64,000 bases of DNA from Octopus vulgaris (GCA_951406725.2 OX597815.1:13764001-13828000), one strand, 5' to 3'. Numbered from the stretch's first letter, positions 42,373-57,350 are shown. Notes: generated by a model from the letters alone, not told the origin. Made by a program: numbers and translations.

Positions 42373-42674
42373 TATATAGAATATATGTGTACATACACAC
42401 ATATGTGTCTGTATGTGTTGTGCGTGTGTGTGAAATTTCCATAAACGTTTATAATTTGTGTTCCCCAATGGTAATGTGAAAATAATAACTCCCCTGTCAG
42501 TGCATTGACTTGTGCTATATTGGTGGTTATAAAGGATTTTGACACTTATTGCTAGCAATGTAGTTGTTCTAATGCACCCTCAGTCTCCATTAAGTGACAG
42601 TTGAATTCTTCCTCTTTGGTTTTATACTGCGTCTAACCAAGTTTGTTCTTCATATTGTTGCGTCTTCCTTCTTG

Positions 42675-42950
42675 ATCCATGCCTGGCTCACAAGGGCCAG
42701 TTTCATTGGCGTATAGGTTCTTTATCTGGACGGGATACCGGTTCGCCGCAGATGAGCTGCTAGATGCAGGAGGAAAGAGTGACAGAAAGTTGTGGCGAAA
42801 GAGTCAGCAGAAGTTCTCCATTACCTTCTGCCGGAACCACATGCAGCTTAGGTTTTTCGCTCATAAACACACACAGCGCCCAATCTGAAATTCGAACACA
42901 TGATTTCTCAACTGCGAGACCGCTGCTCTAACCACTACGACATATGTCTC
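42675..42950 (-). mobile_element. SINE related to family D with an alternative tail
   Basis: Decayed tRNA head at 42890-42945; CTCATAAACAC core shared with ~39080. Confidence 0.6.
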
Positions 42951-42968
42951 AACCTTACCATGTTTGTC

Positions 42969-43490
42969 ATTTTATAATTTTCACATTACCATTTTAATGA
43001 ATCAACCATTGATTCTTATTATAAAATCTATATACTGACAATTAGCATTTGACTTTATTTAAATGCGATGGAATCGTACTATTGGTGAGCTATAATTTCA
43101 AGCAAATTTTTTTTGCTAATTTAGTACCGTCTCTTGCTATCGAGCGCTTGACTCCCCAGTCCATATATGGAGTTGTGCTATGTTCGTGGCCATAAGAGAT
43201 TTTGACTCCTCCCATTTCTAGTAATGTAGGTGCTACAATGCACACTCAGTCACTTGTATTGGCAATAGAATACCTCTTTTTTTAGTTTTATATTGCTTCT
43301 AACCAACTTTATTATTATCATTACTATTATTATTATTATTATTTTTATCATTATTATTATTATTATTACTTTTTTTTTTCTTCTTTCAAATTTGCTTCCA
43401 TTTCTTGCCGAGTGTCTTCCCGACTCCTAGAGCAAAGAAACTCATAGTATACATTGGTAGGCCATTAAACCAAACTCAATAGTTCGTTCA

Positions 43491-43559
<69 letters not shown>

Positions 43560-44129
43560 CATCACCATCATCATCATTATTATTATTACTATTATTGTAG
43601 TATGATAAGCACCAGATCAAGAGAATAAAATACATCGTTTTAACAAAATCCACAAAAAGTTTATACGAATAATCATCAGGTGACACAGACCTGTCCTGGT
43701 TGCACATGCGTAGAACAATTCAAATCTCCTCTAGAGCAGTGCTTTTCAAACTACCTTCATACAATGAAGGGATGGAGGGGTCGATCGCTCAGATTAGCTG
43801 GTGATGACACACAAATCTGTGAGAAAACTTGTGAAATGGTACCAAAAAATTTCTTGTACATAGTTGATATATGTGTCATGAACTCACATTTTATTTGGCA
43901 AATGCTTGGCGGTGTGGTGAATGGATTGACATTCGGGAAATTATTGTTCCGTGAAATGATAGAAGCATCATACATGTCTGAATGTACAGATTTTGCTTGA
44001 AATTATAGCTCACCAATAGCACGATTCCATCGCATTTAAATAAAGTCAAATCCTAATTGTCAGTATATAGATTTTATCATAAGAATCAATGGTTGATTCA
44101 TTAAAATGGTTATGCGAAAATTATAAAAT
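42969..44129. mobile_element. ~138-bp inverted repeats enclosing ~0.9 kb (probable PLE with inverted pLTR)
   Basis: 42969-43106 pairs with 43992-44129 with few mismatches; TCPGC word at ~43690 and decayed HHR atgat agaagc atcat ACATGTC just before the right arm; no TSD seen. Confidence 0.6.
43311..43600 (-). mobile_element. R4/Dong-like LINE 3' tip (43370-43490) inside an (ATT)n array
   Basis: Short unique segment ...GGGAAGACACTCGGCAAGAAATGGAAGC flanked by (TAA)n on both sides, the known target of Dong/R4 elements. Confidence 0.5.
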
Positions 44130-45370
44130 CCCCACGTCAGACTCTCTCCTCGCCGCACGGTGAAGAGACGTGGACATTTTTCCACGACTGTTTTCCTCCC
44201 ACACCCAAGGAGACAGATATACACAGTATGTAAAGCAAAAATGAAACGTAGTGAAACTAGATACCATTGTTGACAATGTGGTATGGCACCGTATGTAATA
44301 CACTATTTGGAACTCTACCACACTAAAGTCAATTTTTGAATTCACGTGATTGTAAATCCATGAAGTTGATCTGAATTGTGCTGTCGAGTGACTTTATTCA
44401 GAAATGATAACCGAATGAGCGTCCTGCACAGGGATAGAGTTTAGGTAAATAAACAGTACTTGCACTAAAGCGGTTGACGTAAATATTCGCCGAACGTTAT
44501 CTCGCAATGAGAGCTGACCTCAATCGACGTGACTACCGTTGCCGTGCGCAGGCAACCGAATGAATCACCGCCGTAAACTGGTTAAAGTGGTTCACGGGTT
44601 CATGTAAATATTCGCCGAACCATTGTCGTGCGCTAATTGCTGATCTCAGTCGAGATTATTACCGTCAATGCAACCTGCAACCTAGTGGCTTGATTTAAAG
44701 AACCGTCGTCATGTGGTTAAAGAAGAGAAACTCAGTTACGACTTCAAATGCAATATGCTTTTTTATAATAAAACCTATAAAAATGGGTCCAAATCATATT
44801 CCATATGCTCGCAGAAAAAACTGTAATTTCAAAATCAATTGAGGATCAACAGTGGTTTGATTATGTTGGTATAGAATTTCTTAAAAAACAAGAAATAACA
44901 ATAGTTTTATTAATTTGTTGAATGATTAGGGGCGTGGACAGTGTTAGTTTCAGGTGTTCTGGTAAGCAAACATATAACAACATGAAGTGAGCTACTTCGT
45001 TAATTGCCTCATTGCCTTGACATTAAGTATCCCTACTCCGTGAAAGTGTATATATAATACAGTGTACATTTAAACACATTAAGAGGTGTCCATCATAGGA
45101 CTACCTTACGCTAGAAGGAACAGCTAAAGTTCAAACCACTAATTAGGGATAAATTCTCGAAGGGAATGAAAAATTAAAAACATTTACCATATATTTCCTG
45201 GACCGGTTTCTGATTTTTTTTAGCAAATAAAATAATTAGCTTGGCGAGGTCTTCGTCAACAGGCACGCCAAGATTAAATATATAAACACGAAGCCAATCC
45301 AGCATGTTCCTCTTGCTTACATATTTTAATCCTTTTCAAATCCACCGCGCAAGCGCAGTTTTTTCTACAT

Positions 45371-45405
<35 letters not shown>

Positions 45406-46023
45406 CATATATATTTATATATGGGGTGTGGTATTTCAGTGTATGTGTGTGTGTGTCTGTATGTATATCTTAATTATGCATGTTCGAGTGTGGAGATATA
45501 TGTACGCATAGATGTTTATGTATGTACTGTGTATATATTCACCAACACTTTGACATGAGTGTGTAAAAGACACACACATTTTCCGTTCTTCATTTATTTA
45601 TCAAATTACTTATTGAACAATATATCGAGCAAAGTGTTGAATATCCATGTGACATTGTATTAAATATTCATTTAACGTTGAAATTATAATCTGTTCTAGA
45701 ACTATGCAGAGAAATCCTGTTATCACTGGTTATATAAATCCAGAACTGTAACTAGTTTGGTAAGGGCTAAACGAAACTCGCGGCACTTAGGTAATTCTCT
45801 TGTTTCTGCTAAACATTAAAATATATATTTTGCGTTTTATTATTATTTTTTTGTTTGCTTAACTTATATAAATACCATTATCATTATTTACAGGATTGTA
45901 ACAATACCATTCGCACTGAAAGCACATAGAAGTTTGTTTACAAAATCAACTACGATCTAATATAGTTCTTAAATTTAACAGAAACAGAGAGGCTAATTCG
46001 CTGGTATAACACTTAGTCGCGTT

Positions 46024-48749
46024 TGTAGTGATCCTACAACGGCGCGCGCTCGCGCACCGTCCATTTGTATTTCGCGCGTGTTGGTGCCTTCACCAGGGCA
46101 CAGAAGGGAAGGGCCCTCTCGCGCATGCGCGAAGCACCGGAAGAACCCTTTGCCAAGGCAGGGGGATCGTAGAATGTTTGACCGCAGCAGCAAGCGGTGA
46201 CTTGGGACCCAGCGATTGAAGGCGACGTCACGCGATATATTTTCTCTCCGTTCGAACTGATTCTAGCTGTCCAGCTTTGGTAGCAGTCGGCCGAATGCCT
46301 TTAACCAAATTGTTGCCGACCACATTCAACTTCCCTGTTCGACGCCATCTTGACCCCTTTCTGGTTTAGCGGCTGGACATTGTAAATATTACAATCGATT
46401 AACTTTCAGCCTTGCGCGCCCAGAACCAAGGACATCAGATAACACACTTATTGTTATTGTTACCAAGAAAGAGAATAAAGTAGTTATATGTATATTTTAC
46501 GTCTGCGTCTTGTTGTTTCTGACTAGTAGAATTCTGGGATTATTAACGAACGAGTGAGTGATTGCTTTCTTGTACCCCGAAAAGTACAAGACAAGCTATT
46601 CACTCACACACTAAGTTCGTTACAGTGGTGACCCCGACGTGATTCTGGTCTAAAACCAGAGATCACTTATCAACAAAAAAAATCCAGTTTTTCTGCGAAG
46701 TCGGAACACGATTTAACACTACGCATTCATCTTTCGACGATTTGTTTCCGGCCACCACAAACAGTTATATAGAAGGAGCCTTTTTATTCTTCACCATGAT
46801 GACGGACGCCATCACATCATCGATGCTATTTCTCTGCCTTCGTCATCATCATCGTCGTCTTAGAACTTCACGTCGTCGCTATCTTCGTCGCCATCATCAC
46901 TGAGAACGATGTTGTCCCAAGTCCACTACAGTTGCCTTTCAACACCGTCGACCTCCACCAAGATGTACATAGCAACTCGCGGAACTTTGGCGTGCACGCT
47001 GTATGTGCATATGGCACCAAGGATTCACAGCACCGTCTATCTACGAGATTTCTTCTGTTCCAGTTAACCTGTCACAGCATTGAAGCCACAACCGCTACAC
47101 ATTGTGTTCAACCGGCATCTGCATTTTGTGATTTCAACATTTCTGTTACAGAACGAACTGCTATTGTACATCAGGCTATCACAGACTGGTAAATTAACTC
47201 TTTTCTGGAATAGCCCGAGAGACATTTTTTCTATGCGCTGTTTTTATATTTTGCTCGCATACACCTTGTATGTATTTCTGTCGCACACACGTACACACAC
47301 ATAAATGCTCTCTCTCACATACATACGTCACACATGCTTTTCTCGCTTGTTTTTTTTTCCATGCTGAATTTGCCTTGTGTGGACACCCCTCATTTCTATA
47401 GACCCTAGGTCGGTCACGTATACATAGAGAGGGTTGTTGGTCCATTATAACGCGCCAGCATGCCATACTTTTGTTCCTGTGCGAACGAGGCATACAATCG
47501 CTCAACCACTGGCATATTCTTGCTGTTTTTCGGTCTGGCAGCACTATTGCATTTCATGCGCCTATTGCTTCGCACGTGTACTTGCCTTGTTTTTGCAACA
47601 CGTTTTGCGTTAGCTTGATTTCTTTTCCCGACTCATGTCGGATGTTCATATGCGCTGCGCCGATTTATAGGCGTAATTATTTTTCCCTGTTAGACCAGTG
47701 TTGGTCACGTAATTAACAGAAAATTATCTGTGTCGCGCATCATACCGGCATGTTTGCACTTTTGCCTTTTGTGTTACTAGCGATCTTCTGTCAATTCCAT
47801 TTCCTCTCCTGCAGCAATTGATTTAACTGCTATTTTTCAGGATCAACTACCTTTAGAGAAGTTGGATTTTAATTTCGCCTAGGTACATTAACTGTGAGTT
47901 TTGCTTTTCCCTCCGCTCCTTTCAGCGGAAGGGTTTATACTTTTGTGACGTATACACTTTCATGCATGCACTCTTGATTTTTGCTCATTGAGTATTTTTT
48001 TCTCTTTTTCCTTTAGTAAATTTCTTGTGTATGTTATAAATTTTGCCATGATATTATTGTGTGCTATTTGGTTATCTGGTGTCCACCTTGAGTTTTGCAG
48101 TCACTACAATAAGTTTCCTTTCGTGCGTACGCACTGGAGGGGAGCCTTGTAGTGATACTATAACGGTGCGCGCGCGCGCACCGTCCATTTGTATTTCGCG
48201 CGTGTTGGTGCCTTTACCAAGGCACAGAAAGGAAGGGCCCTCGCGCATGCGCGAACCACCGGTAGCACGACCCTATTGCCTACGTAGCAGTTAGCGAGGC
48301 AAGGGGGTCGTAGAACGTCTGACCGCTAGCAGAAGCAGCCAATGACTTGGGACCCAGCGATTGAAGGCGGCGGTCACGCATATATTCTCTCCGTCAGGAT
48401 TAGATTCTAGCAGTCCTTACCAAAAGGCCTTTAACCTGGATTGTTGCAGACATCATCTTCTTCCTCTGGACGCCATTTTGACCCGTTCTGTTTTTGGCGG
48501 TGTAATATTGTAAATATTACAATCGATTAACTTTCAGCCTTGCGCGCCCAGAACCAAGGACATCAGATAACACACTTATTGTTATTGTTACCAAGAAAGA
48601 GAATAAAGTAGTTATATGTATATTTTACGTCTGCGTCTTGTTGTTTCTGACTTGTAGAGAATTCTGGATTATTAAAGCAACGGCTAGTGAGTGATTGCTT
48701 TCTTGTACCCCAAAAGTACAAGAGAGATATTCACACTAAGTTCGTTTCA
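46024..48749 (+). mobile_element. Non-autonomous Gypsy-type LTR retrotransposon
   Basis: LTRs TG..CA at 46024-46624 and 48148-48749; 4-bp TSD CGTT (46020-46023, 48750-48753); PBS; PPT GGAGGGGAG at 48136-48144; 1.5-kb internal region without recognisable gag/pol. Confidence 0.92.
46626..46643 (+). promoter_or_regulatory. Primer binding site complementary to the tRNA-Trp 3' end
   Basis: TGGTGACCCCGACGTGAT is the reverse complement of ATCACGTCGGGGTCACCA (metazoan tRNA-Trp 3' end), 1 nt after the 5' LTR. Confidence 0.85.
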
Positions 48750-49299
48750 CGTTAACAAAGGAATATAGGTTAGTGTCCCATGCAGATGGGAAAGCCTACT
48801 TTTTTTCTACTTAAAAATACTGAAACACACATATACATACACTGACAAACAAACAAACACACTTGTGTAATGTAATGCATGTATGTATGTCAATGCGTTA
48901 TTGAAGTACACGACGAGATACAGTATAATAGTGTTGTGTTCGCGTGTATGATGTAGTAGAGTTTATCATTATCTTATAATATAATAAACCCGTATTGCAT
49001 TGTGAAATGTGGTTGACTATAACAATATTCTGTTCAGGTGTGTGCTGTAATAAGTATAATAACCATTTAAATAATTTTAACAGGATATCGTTTTTTATTT
49101 TGCTTTTATGGCTTTAGCCGCAAGTCATCTCTGAAGAAGATCGATTACTGCCGTAGCAGTTCCTTGGACTACCATTTTAAGTAGATAAGATATGATACGA
49201 ACGGGGTGTGTTTCACATTCTTAATGGGCCGAACAATCAAGTAGGCGATCCATTTTCTGTTCAAATAACTCTTTCATTATTTAAATCTACCGTGCATTT

Positions 49300-51200
49300 T
49301 GTTGTTCAGAAATAATTAAGGTGCATGTTTTATCCATTGGAATGTGTAACTGGTAATTAAGAAGTTTCCTATGGTGCTACATGGTGCCCAATTGTTTCGA
49401 AAATATTTTCCAAAGCGCCATTTGTACAGAATTCCACTTACGGGCAAAATCTGGTCGACAGTTAATGTGTGGAACACTGTTAGAGAAACGTTTTATGCTT
49501 GTGAGTGGAACAATTAGTCCGTAGCTAGTTTTAATGCCGAAATTCTGGTCTATAAGTACTTTAAGTAGAAATAAGTTTTATTTCGATCCTTTAATTAATT
49601 TTCTGGTCTGTGGATGACATTGTTCCCCACTCTGCTAGTGTTGTAGCCATTTCTTTCTCCAAGCAAGAGAAAATTACTTTACCATTTCATATCAGATCTC
49701 CATTTACTTTGTTTTAAATTTTATATTTTATGCGACGTGTAGGTGTGTTGTTGCTGACTGTAATGGCCTCCCCGATCAGATAAAGTTATTGTGTAGTGGT
49801 TATTGCTTACATTATCCATGTATATGCCTCTAGAAAGCACTTTATAAAGGAGAGATATGCAATGATTTGCCATTATGAAATAAAGATTTGCTTGGAAAAT
49901 TTGTCTTTAAGAGGAGAGTGATTTTTTATTACGAGGAGAGACATTTTGTGTTACGAGTCAGTAATAAATTGTTTGGGGTTCGCTTTACACATAATTTGCT
50001 TTTGTAAAAGATGATGATCGATTATAACAGCGCTACTAGTAGAAAAATTAGGGATATATTAGGTTAGTGCAGACTGTTCATGACTGATATTTCACTAATC
50101 AGTTAGGTGCCACTATAGTTTGAGATGCATAATCATAGCAACTCTTTTTCCAACTATATATAAAGGCTACTCTCCTCTATTTTATGCTTATGTCTTGTAA
50201 ATGTCGAACATCATTGCATAGCTTATTCATATTTGGAACCTTCGGAAAAAAGTTGATTTTCATTTTCAGACTCAAATAACACCATGATGTTAATAAGTGG
50301 AAAAATAGCATCGCAATCATAGAAAAGGAAACGATATGCATTAGTGTACGCTTTATAGTTTAACTAATCAATTTATGTTGCTAGAATCTGTCCTATATGT
50401 TAGCGCTTCTCAAGAAATTTTGGATATTATATTTAATTAATATATCTTTAATGTCATCTAGAGATGATCTCAAAATTTCGTGACATTCACTGCAAGTATA
50501 AACTAAAAAATATTCCAGTTAGAAAACAAAATGATTGTATTCAGCCCTCTGTAATTCCAGCACCTCTCTGATATCTATCTCCTGAGCGGCCGGTAAATTT
50601 CTAAACCTATATACTGCTGATAATCCAAATAATAATGAAAATATCTATATATGGCATTTTGAAAATCATGTATTAACGTTCAGGCACTCAGGATTTAGTT
50701 TTATCAACTATATATATAAGAATGATAATATTACCAATATCTTGCAATGCAACAGTTATAAAATACGTATCTACCTACTCGAACGTCTCCAGAGAGAATG
50801 ACACCTGTCACTCGTCGAGAAAATAGCATTTTGCAATTTGGATCAAATTACCGAAATAAGTCAAAAATCTCCATAACATTTCCATCGGATTTCCTAGAGA
50901 ATATTCCAATTAAAACTTGTAAGAACCACATTTAATGGAATTACTGAAACGCCGAAATGCTTATATATTAAAAGGCAAATATCCAGGTATTCCTCAACTT
51001 TAGCAACAGTAGAAAACTGTGTGTCTAACACATATCCCATGAAGATATAGAAATATCATGCATAAGAATACAAAAATTGTCACTTGACGACCTTTCTTTT
51101 GACCTTTCAGCATGCAATCATATTTCGATGAGTTTATGAATATTCTTAATAATATGGTGGCACTGTGCGACTCCACTAATAAGAAGACAAAAATCTCGAG
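49300..51200 (-). mobile_element. Possible ancient decayed PLE RT region
   Basis: Only fragmentary words such as LDDI near 50451-50462; no intact frame. Confidence 0.25.
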
Positions 51201-51367
51201 AGGCTCACAGAAGTCATTCTACACCATTCAGCCAGCTATAAGGTATGCAAAATCCTACTTTGTTACGAACACTTTCTCCCGTTTGTAACACAAAGTGAAA
51301 CTTTTCCATATCCATACCTGCATACAGGGTATGTGTTTACGGGCTTGTACTACATACACACACACAT

Positions 51368-51467
<100 letters not shown>

Positions 51468-51564
51468 GGTAGGTAATATATGTAAACGCACATATATTAA
51501 TAAATGTATACACACACGAAGACATACACACATGCACACACAAGCGCAAGAACTCACACACAGA

Positions 51565-51607
<43 letters not shown>

Positions 51608-51739
51608 TGTACATATTTATATACATGTTATCAACGTTGGCATATACCATACACACAACTAGACATACATATCCTTTCGCATAAGAGTGATATACATTTA
51701 TCTCTACATACTTAAACTCTCTCTCTCCCTCTCTCTCAT

Positions 51740-51771
<32 letters not shown>

Positions 51772-52387
51772 TTCACATACACAGCCATGTGCGTAGAGCT
51801 ATATGTACTTTTCATCCGAATGTGTGCGCGTATATGTATGTGCATATATGCGCATGTGACTACCTGTGGTTGCATGCGCAATGTATGGAAGGAGAGAGTG
51901 TTTGCTTAGCCCGGAGACTCTCAATGCAATTACACGCTGTCAGATCATGTCAAGAGAATGTCTAGCAAGCAAACAGATAGAATCAAACAAAATGCTTACT
52001 TGACTGAATACAGCTTTTCTCATCATCGTTTTATTTGTGTTTTTGCTTAATCAGCATTCGACAGCTTTTCATTGTTGCGCTAGATTTAATTGTTGATTAT
52101 TTTGTCATACGCTATTTTCTCTCCATCCCAACTTTCCCCACTTACATATGGCTCGCTTTGCTGTGGGTAGCTGGTGGCAATTGTTACCTTATACACATCA
52201 GCTATGTTATTTTTTTCTCTCTTTTAATCTCTCTTTCACTGCAAGTCCTTATCTCTCTACCTGTCTACCTATCTATAATACGTTTCCCTGTCTAATTCTC
52301 TATCTCTCCAATACACTTCGTTTTAATTTGTTTCTACTTACTATAATCATTGTATGTATATATGATATACATATAGGTGTGTGTGTT

Positions 52388-52440
<53 letters not shown>

Positions 52441-52569
52441 AACATACAGGCAGACACCCAGAGACAGAAAACAGACTGGGACAGAGACACAAAGTGAGAG
52501 AATGCGTGCTTGTGTATGTGCTCGCATATAGTATATATATACAATATATATATATATTTATATATATAT

Positions 52570-52646
<77 letters not shown>

Positions 52647-52723
52647 AACATATGTACGTAGATATATAGGTAGGCAGACAAATGGACGGACAGACTGATT
52701 TATAAACTACATAGATAAAGAGA

Positions 52724-52765
<42 letters not shown>

Positions 52766-52832
52766 TATATAGATAGATAGGTAGATAGATAGATATATAT
52801 ATAGACAGACAGATATATAGATACATGCATAC

Positions 52833-52864
<32 letters not shown>

Positions 52865-52867
52865 ATG

Positions 52868-52930
<63 letters not shown>

Positions 52931-53430
52931 AGAGAGAGAGAGATCAGCGTACTCCCTATTTACTTATCCTTTTAACTATCTGGAATTAATGTATTTTCTG
53001 GCATTATTTTTGTACCATTCTACAATTCTTCTGCTTATATATTCACTGATTTGTCTTTCTCTCCCTCTCTCTTCCTCTCTCTGTCTCTCTCTCCCCCACT
53101 TTATCGTTTTATCAACCTACTTATCTATATACCCATATATGCATTTTTTATCTCTATATATGCTTTTTTGCGGTATTGGCATACGTCAGTATTTATGTAA
53201 CACACTCCCTATCTATTTGTCTGTCTGTCTGTGTGTCTATCTATCTATCTATCTATCTGTCTATCTATCCATCAATCTGTCTGTCTGTCTATCTATCTAT
53301 CTACACACATATATATATACACACACACACACACACATATATATATACATCCGTCTATGTCTGGCTGATTGCCTATCTATATATTTATATCTGCATATTT
53401 ATCTCTTTATATACATATAAAAAAGAGAGT

Positions 53431-53471
<41 letters not shown>

Positions 53472-55180
53472 AACATACATACAGATATGCATACATGCAC
53501 ACACAAAAATTATATACACAAACATACATACACACATGCATACATATTATCAATACGCACATACACACACATATATGATCTACACACACACACACACGTA
53601 TATATTCATATATACATACACGCCAGTCTATGTTCCTTATATATGCAGAAATGTGTTTTTATTCTGTTTAATGTGTCTATTCGTCCTTTTTTTCCGGTCT
53701 TCCATACCTTGCAACGTTCCATACTACCTTAAATAACTATACTCTCATATTCAAACACATACAATGGTCTCTTTTACATTCTTCCCTACTTTTTTGTCTA
53801 CCTGTCTATTATCAATACACCCATACACACACATATATGATCTACATACATACACAGACGTACGCACATATATATACAACATTCGCATCACTATCATCTA
53901 CCAGCATTAGGTTCTTTTTTATTTCTTAATCTCTGAAAACTCCTTCTGAATCCGTTTTCTCTCGTTCGCTTTATCTATCGATTTCTCTTCATATATACTT
54001 AACTTCTTCATTCTTGATAATCATGCTTTATTCTATCGGAGTATCTTTCTCTCCCTCTCTATTCCATACTGTTGTGCTTACTTCATTTCTTCTTCACCTT
54101 CTTCCACTTTATTTCTTTCTGTCATTCTCACAATCTATTTCCTTTGTCTATTTTTTTTTTCATGCTGACCAAGTCATTTATTTTCCATCTCATATACCTT
54201 AACCCCTCACATATCCGTTTTACATCTTCTTCCTCTAAATATATATATCTGCAGAGCAGCTGCAGATGTTACTGCTCCCGCTATTGCCCTCTCTCTTAGT
54301 GCTGCAGCCGCTACTTCCCATCTTCTCTTCCTGCTTCACTTGCCATTTTCTCATGCTGTCCTGGATATTTTCATTATAATCCTCACAGGTCATTGACAAT
54401 TTCCTGGTTGTCAGCCTATCATAGCTTCCCTTCGTTGATCGCTGCCGATATTTTTAATAAATACTCTTTTGTTTCTTGGTTTTTCTACTACCTCTATTTT
54501 TTGAATTTTTTTTTAGCTCGTGTTATTGACGGCTATCAAAGATTGAAGACCGATACTTAAGTATGATTAGTGATTATCGGTGAAGTGATAAAGCAAAAAG
54601 AAATAAGCTTAATTCAAACAAAATATAAAAGTAAAGGAAATCGAATGAAAAAAGAAAAACACAACAGTTTAATAATAAATTATTTCATGTTAGTTTCTTG
54701 TTTGTTGTGTTTTATCAAGACCCCCAGGATGTTAATTTAAACAATAAATAATTTCTTATATAAACAAGTCACAGTCAGAGAAGTTACTAAATAACAAGAA
54801 TAAAACTGCAAGAGATTCTCTTTACCGACACCGCTTTGTATCCTAATCTTAACAAACATACTGTTTTCTTTACAATCAGTGGAGCCACATTTCATCGAGG
54901 TAGTCTGCTGGGACGTAGAAGAAACACCTTCTGATGTTATACAATTGCTCTCAATCCATTTCATAATCATAGAATAAAACTAAAGCATTTTGAAAATGTA
55001 TAAAGCTGTATACATCTGTTGCGCACATCATCTAATGAAGGTTTTATGACATATATTATACTGAATATAGCATATTGTTTCTCAAGAGGTAAAACCAGGG
55101 TTTAGTATGACCTAATGACATTTTCCTTAATTTTAAAACACGATTAATAAATACATCTGAAACAGAATGTAAACGGAAAT

Positions 55181-55200
55181 TAACCCTAACCCTAACCCTA
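55181..55200. repeat. Interstitial (TAACCC)3 telomere-like repeat
   Basis: TAACCCTAACCCTAACCCTA. Confidence 0.8.
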
Positions 55201-55958
55201 TTTGAAGGAATGTACTCTAAAATGTATGTACGAATTATATGTCTGAGACAATTTGTTGTTAATAAGATTATAATTTTTCAAACTAACGACTAGAAACAGC
55301 CCCTTTTAAACTATTTGTGGATTTATAAAGGGTCGTAAATAATACTTCAATAATGATAAACAAATTTATAAAGTTTTTATATAGTAAAGACACATTAGTT
55401 ATTACATTTCAAAGAAACAACTATACGTGTTTGTTATACAAGCTAAAGTCAATGAAAACAACTCATATTATGTCAACACAGTGAAACGATCCAAAAAACT
55501 TTAGATCAACGATGCATCAAATTAAATACTCAGACTTCACAGCGGGATCTCTGTTTAGATCAAATCTATTTCTTCGTGTTTGCAGAGCAACATGTCTGAG
55601 CAAATGATATGAAGACTGTTTTCGCTATCGCTGATAATTCTTCAAAGAACGCAAACATCAATAAAATGAAATCAACCGTCCTATTCACTATTGTTATGAT
55701 CATGAACTAACTATCAATGTGGTACAATGTCAACATTGTTACTGACGCAAATATTTCCTCGGTCAGCGTTTGTCGGGAAAAAATGCGTGCGTATCTGTTT
55801 ATATCTATATATATATACGTGTATGCATATTAACATATATATGCATATATGTATATATGGGTATATATACATAAATATGTATATATATATATATATGTAT
55901 ACATACGTATACGTATTATATGTGAATATATATGTATATATACGCACACATATATAGG

Positions 55959-56006
<48 letters not shown>

Positions 56007-56061
56007 TAGATACGCATACGTATATATATATACATATATACATACATATATATATATATCT

Positions 56062-56628
<567 letters not shown>

Positions 56629-57105
56629 GTATGTATATATGTATGTATGGATGGATGGATGGGTGGACGTATTGCAGAGGTAAAGATGTTTCACACGAGT
56701 CAATTCCTATTAATAAACAAACAAAAGAAGAAATTGTATTATGAATAAAATAAAGGAAGCATTTTCATTTTTGTCATAATATGCATCCAGTTTCAAACTC
56801 TCGTATAGATGATTTCATCACGCTTTAATAAAAAAGAAAAGGAATGAAAATAGAATATGTTAAATTAACATATTGGGATACCAGTTCCGGAAATTCACGT
56901 TTGTGGTTTTTTTTTTGTATCGTTGAGCGTGAGGAACATTTAGGTTTGGGCAACAGGTATTCAAACGCAAAGAATCGGTTCAGAACATCCACAGCGCATC
57001 CATGAATGCCTTTGACACTTCTGAGATCTAGTTAGCATCCTAGGGTGAAAATGGTTTTCTCTATAGTTAAAATATATCCATATGCCCCTAGCGTATTTGA
57101 ACTAA

Positions 57106-57298
57106 TTTCTTTATTTACCACAAGGGGCTAAACATAGAAAGGACAAACAAGGACAGACAAAGGCTTTAAGTCGATTACACCGACCACAGCGTAACTAGTT
57201 CTTAATTTATCGACCCCTGCAAGGATGAAAGGCAAAGTCGACCTCGTCGGAATTTGAACTCCAAACGTAACAGCAGACGAAATACCGACCGGCGTGCT
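57106..57298 (-). mobile_element. SINE family A, diverged
   Basis: GGATGAAAGGCAAAGTCGACCTCG core and tail. Confidence 0.8.
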
Positions 57299-57350
57299 TT
57301 TTTTTTTCTAGTTAATTTTTGTTAATTTCCTTTTCTTTTAAGATCATTAA

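Noticed and set aside
54737-54970. Host exon on the minus strand
   Set aside because: Short ORF with no recognisable domain; splice signals are unconvincing.
55181-55200. Chromosome fusion or telomere-healing site
   Set aside because: Only three units in a single orientation; such short arrays commonly occur inside repeats.
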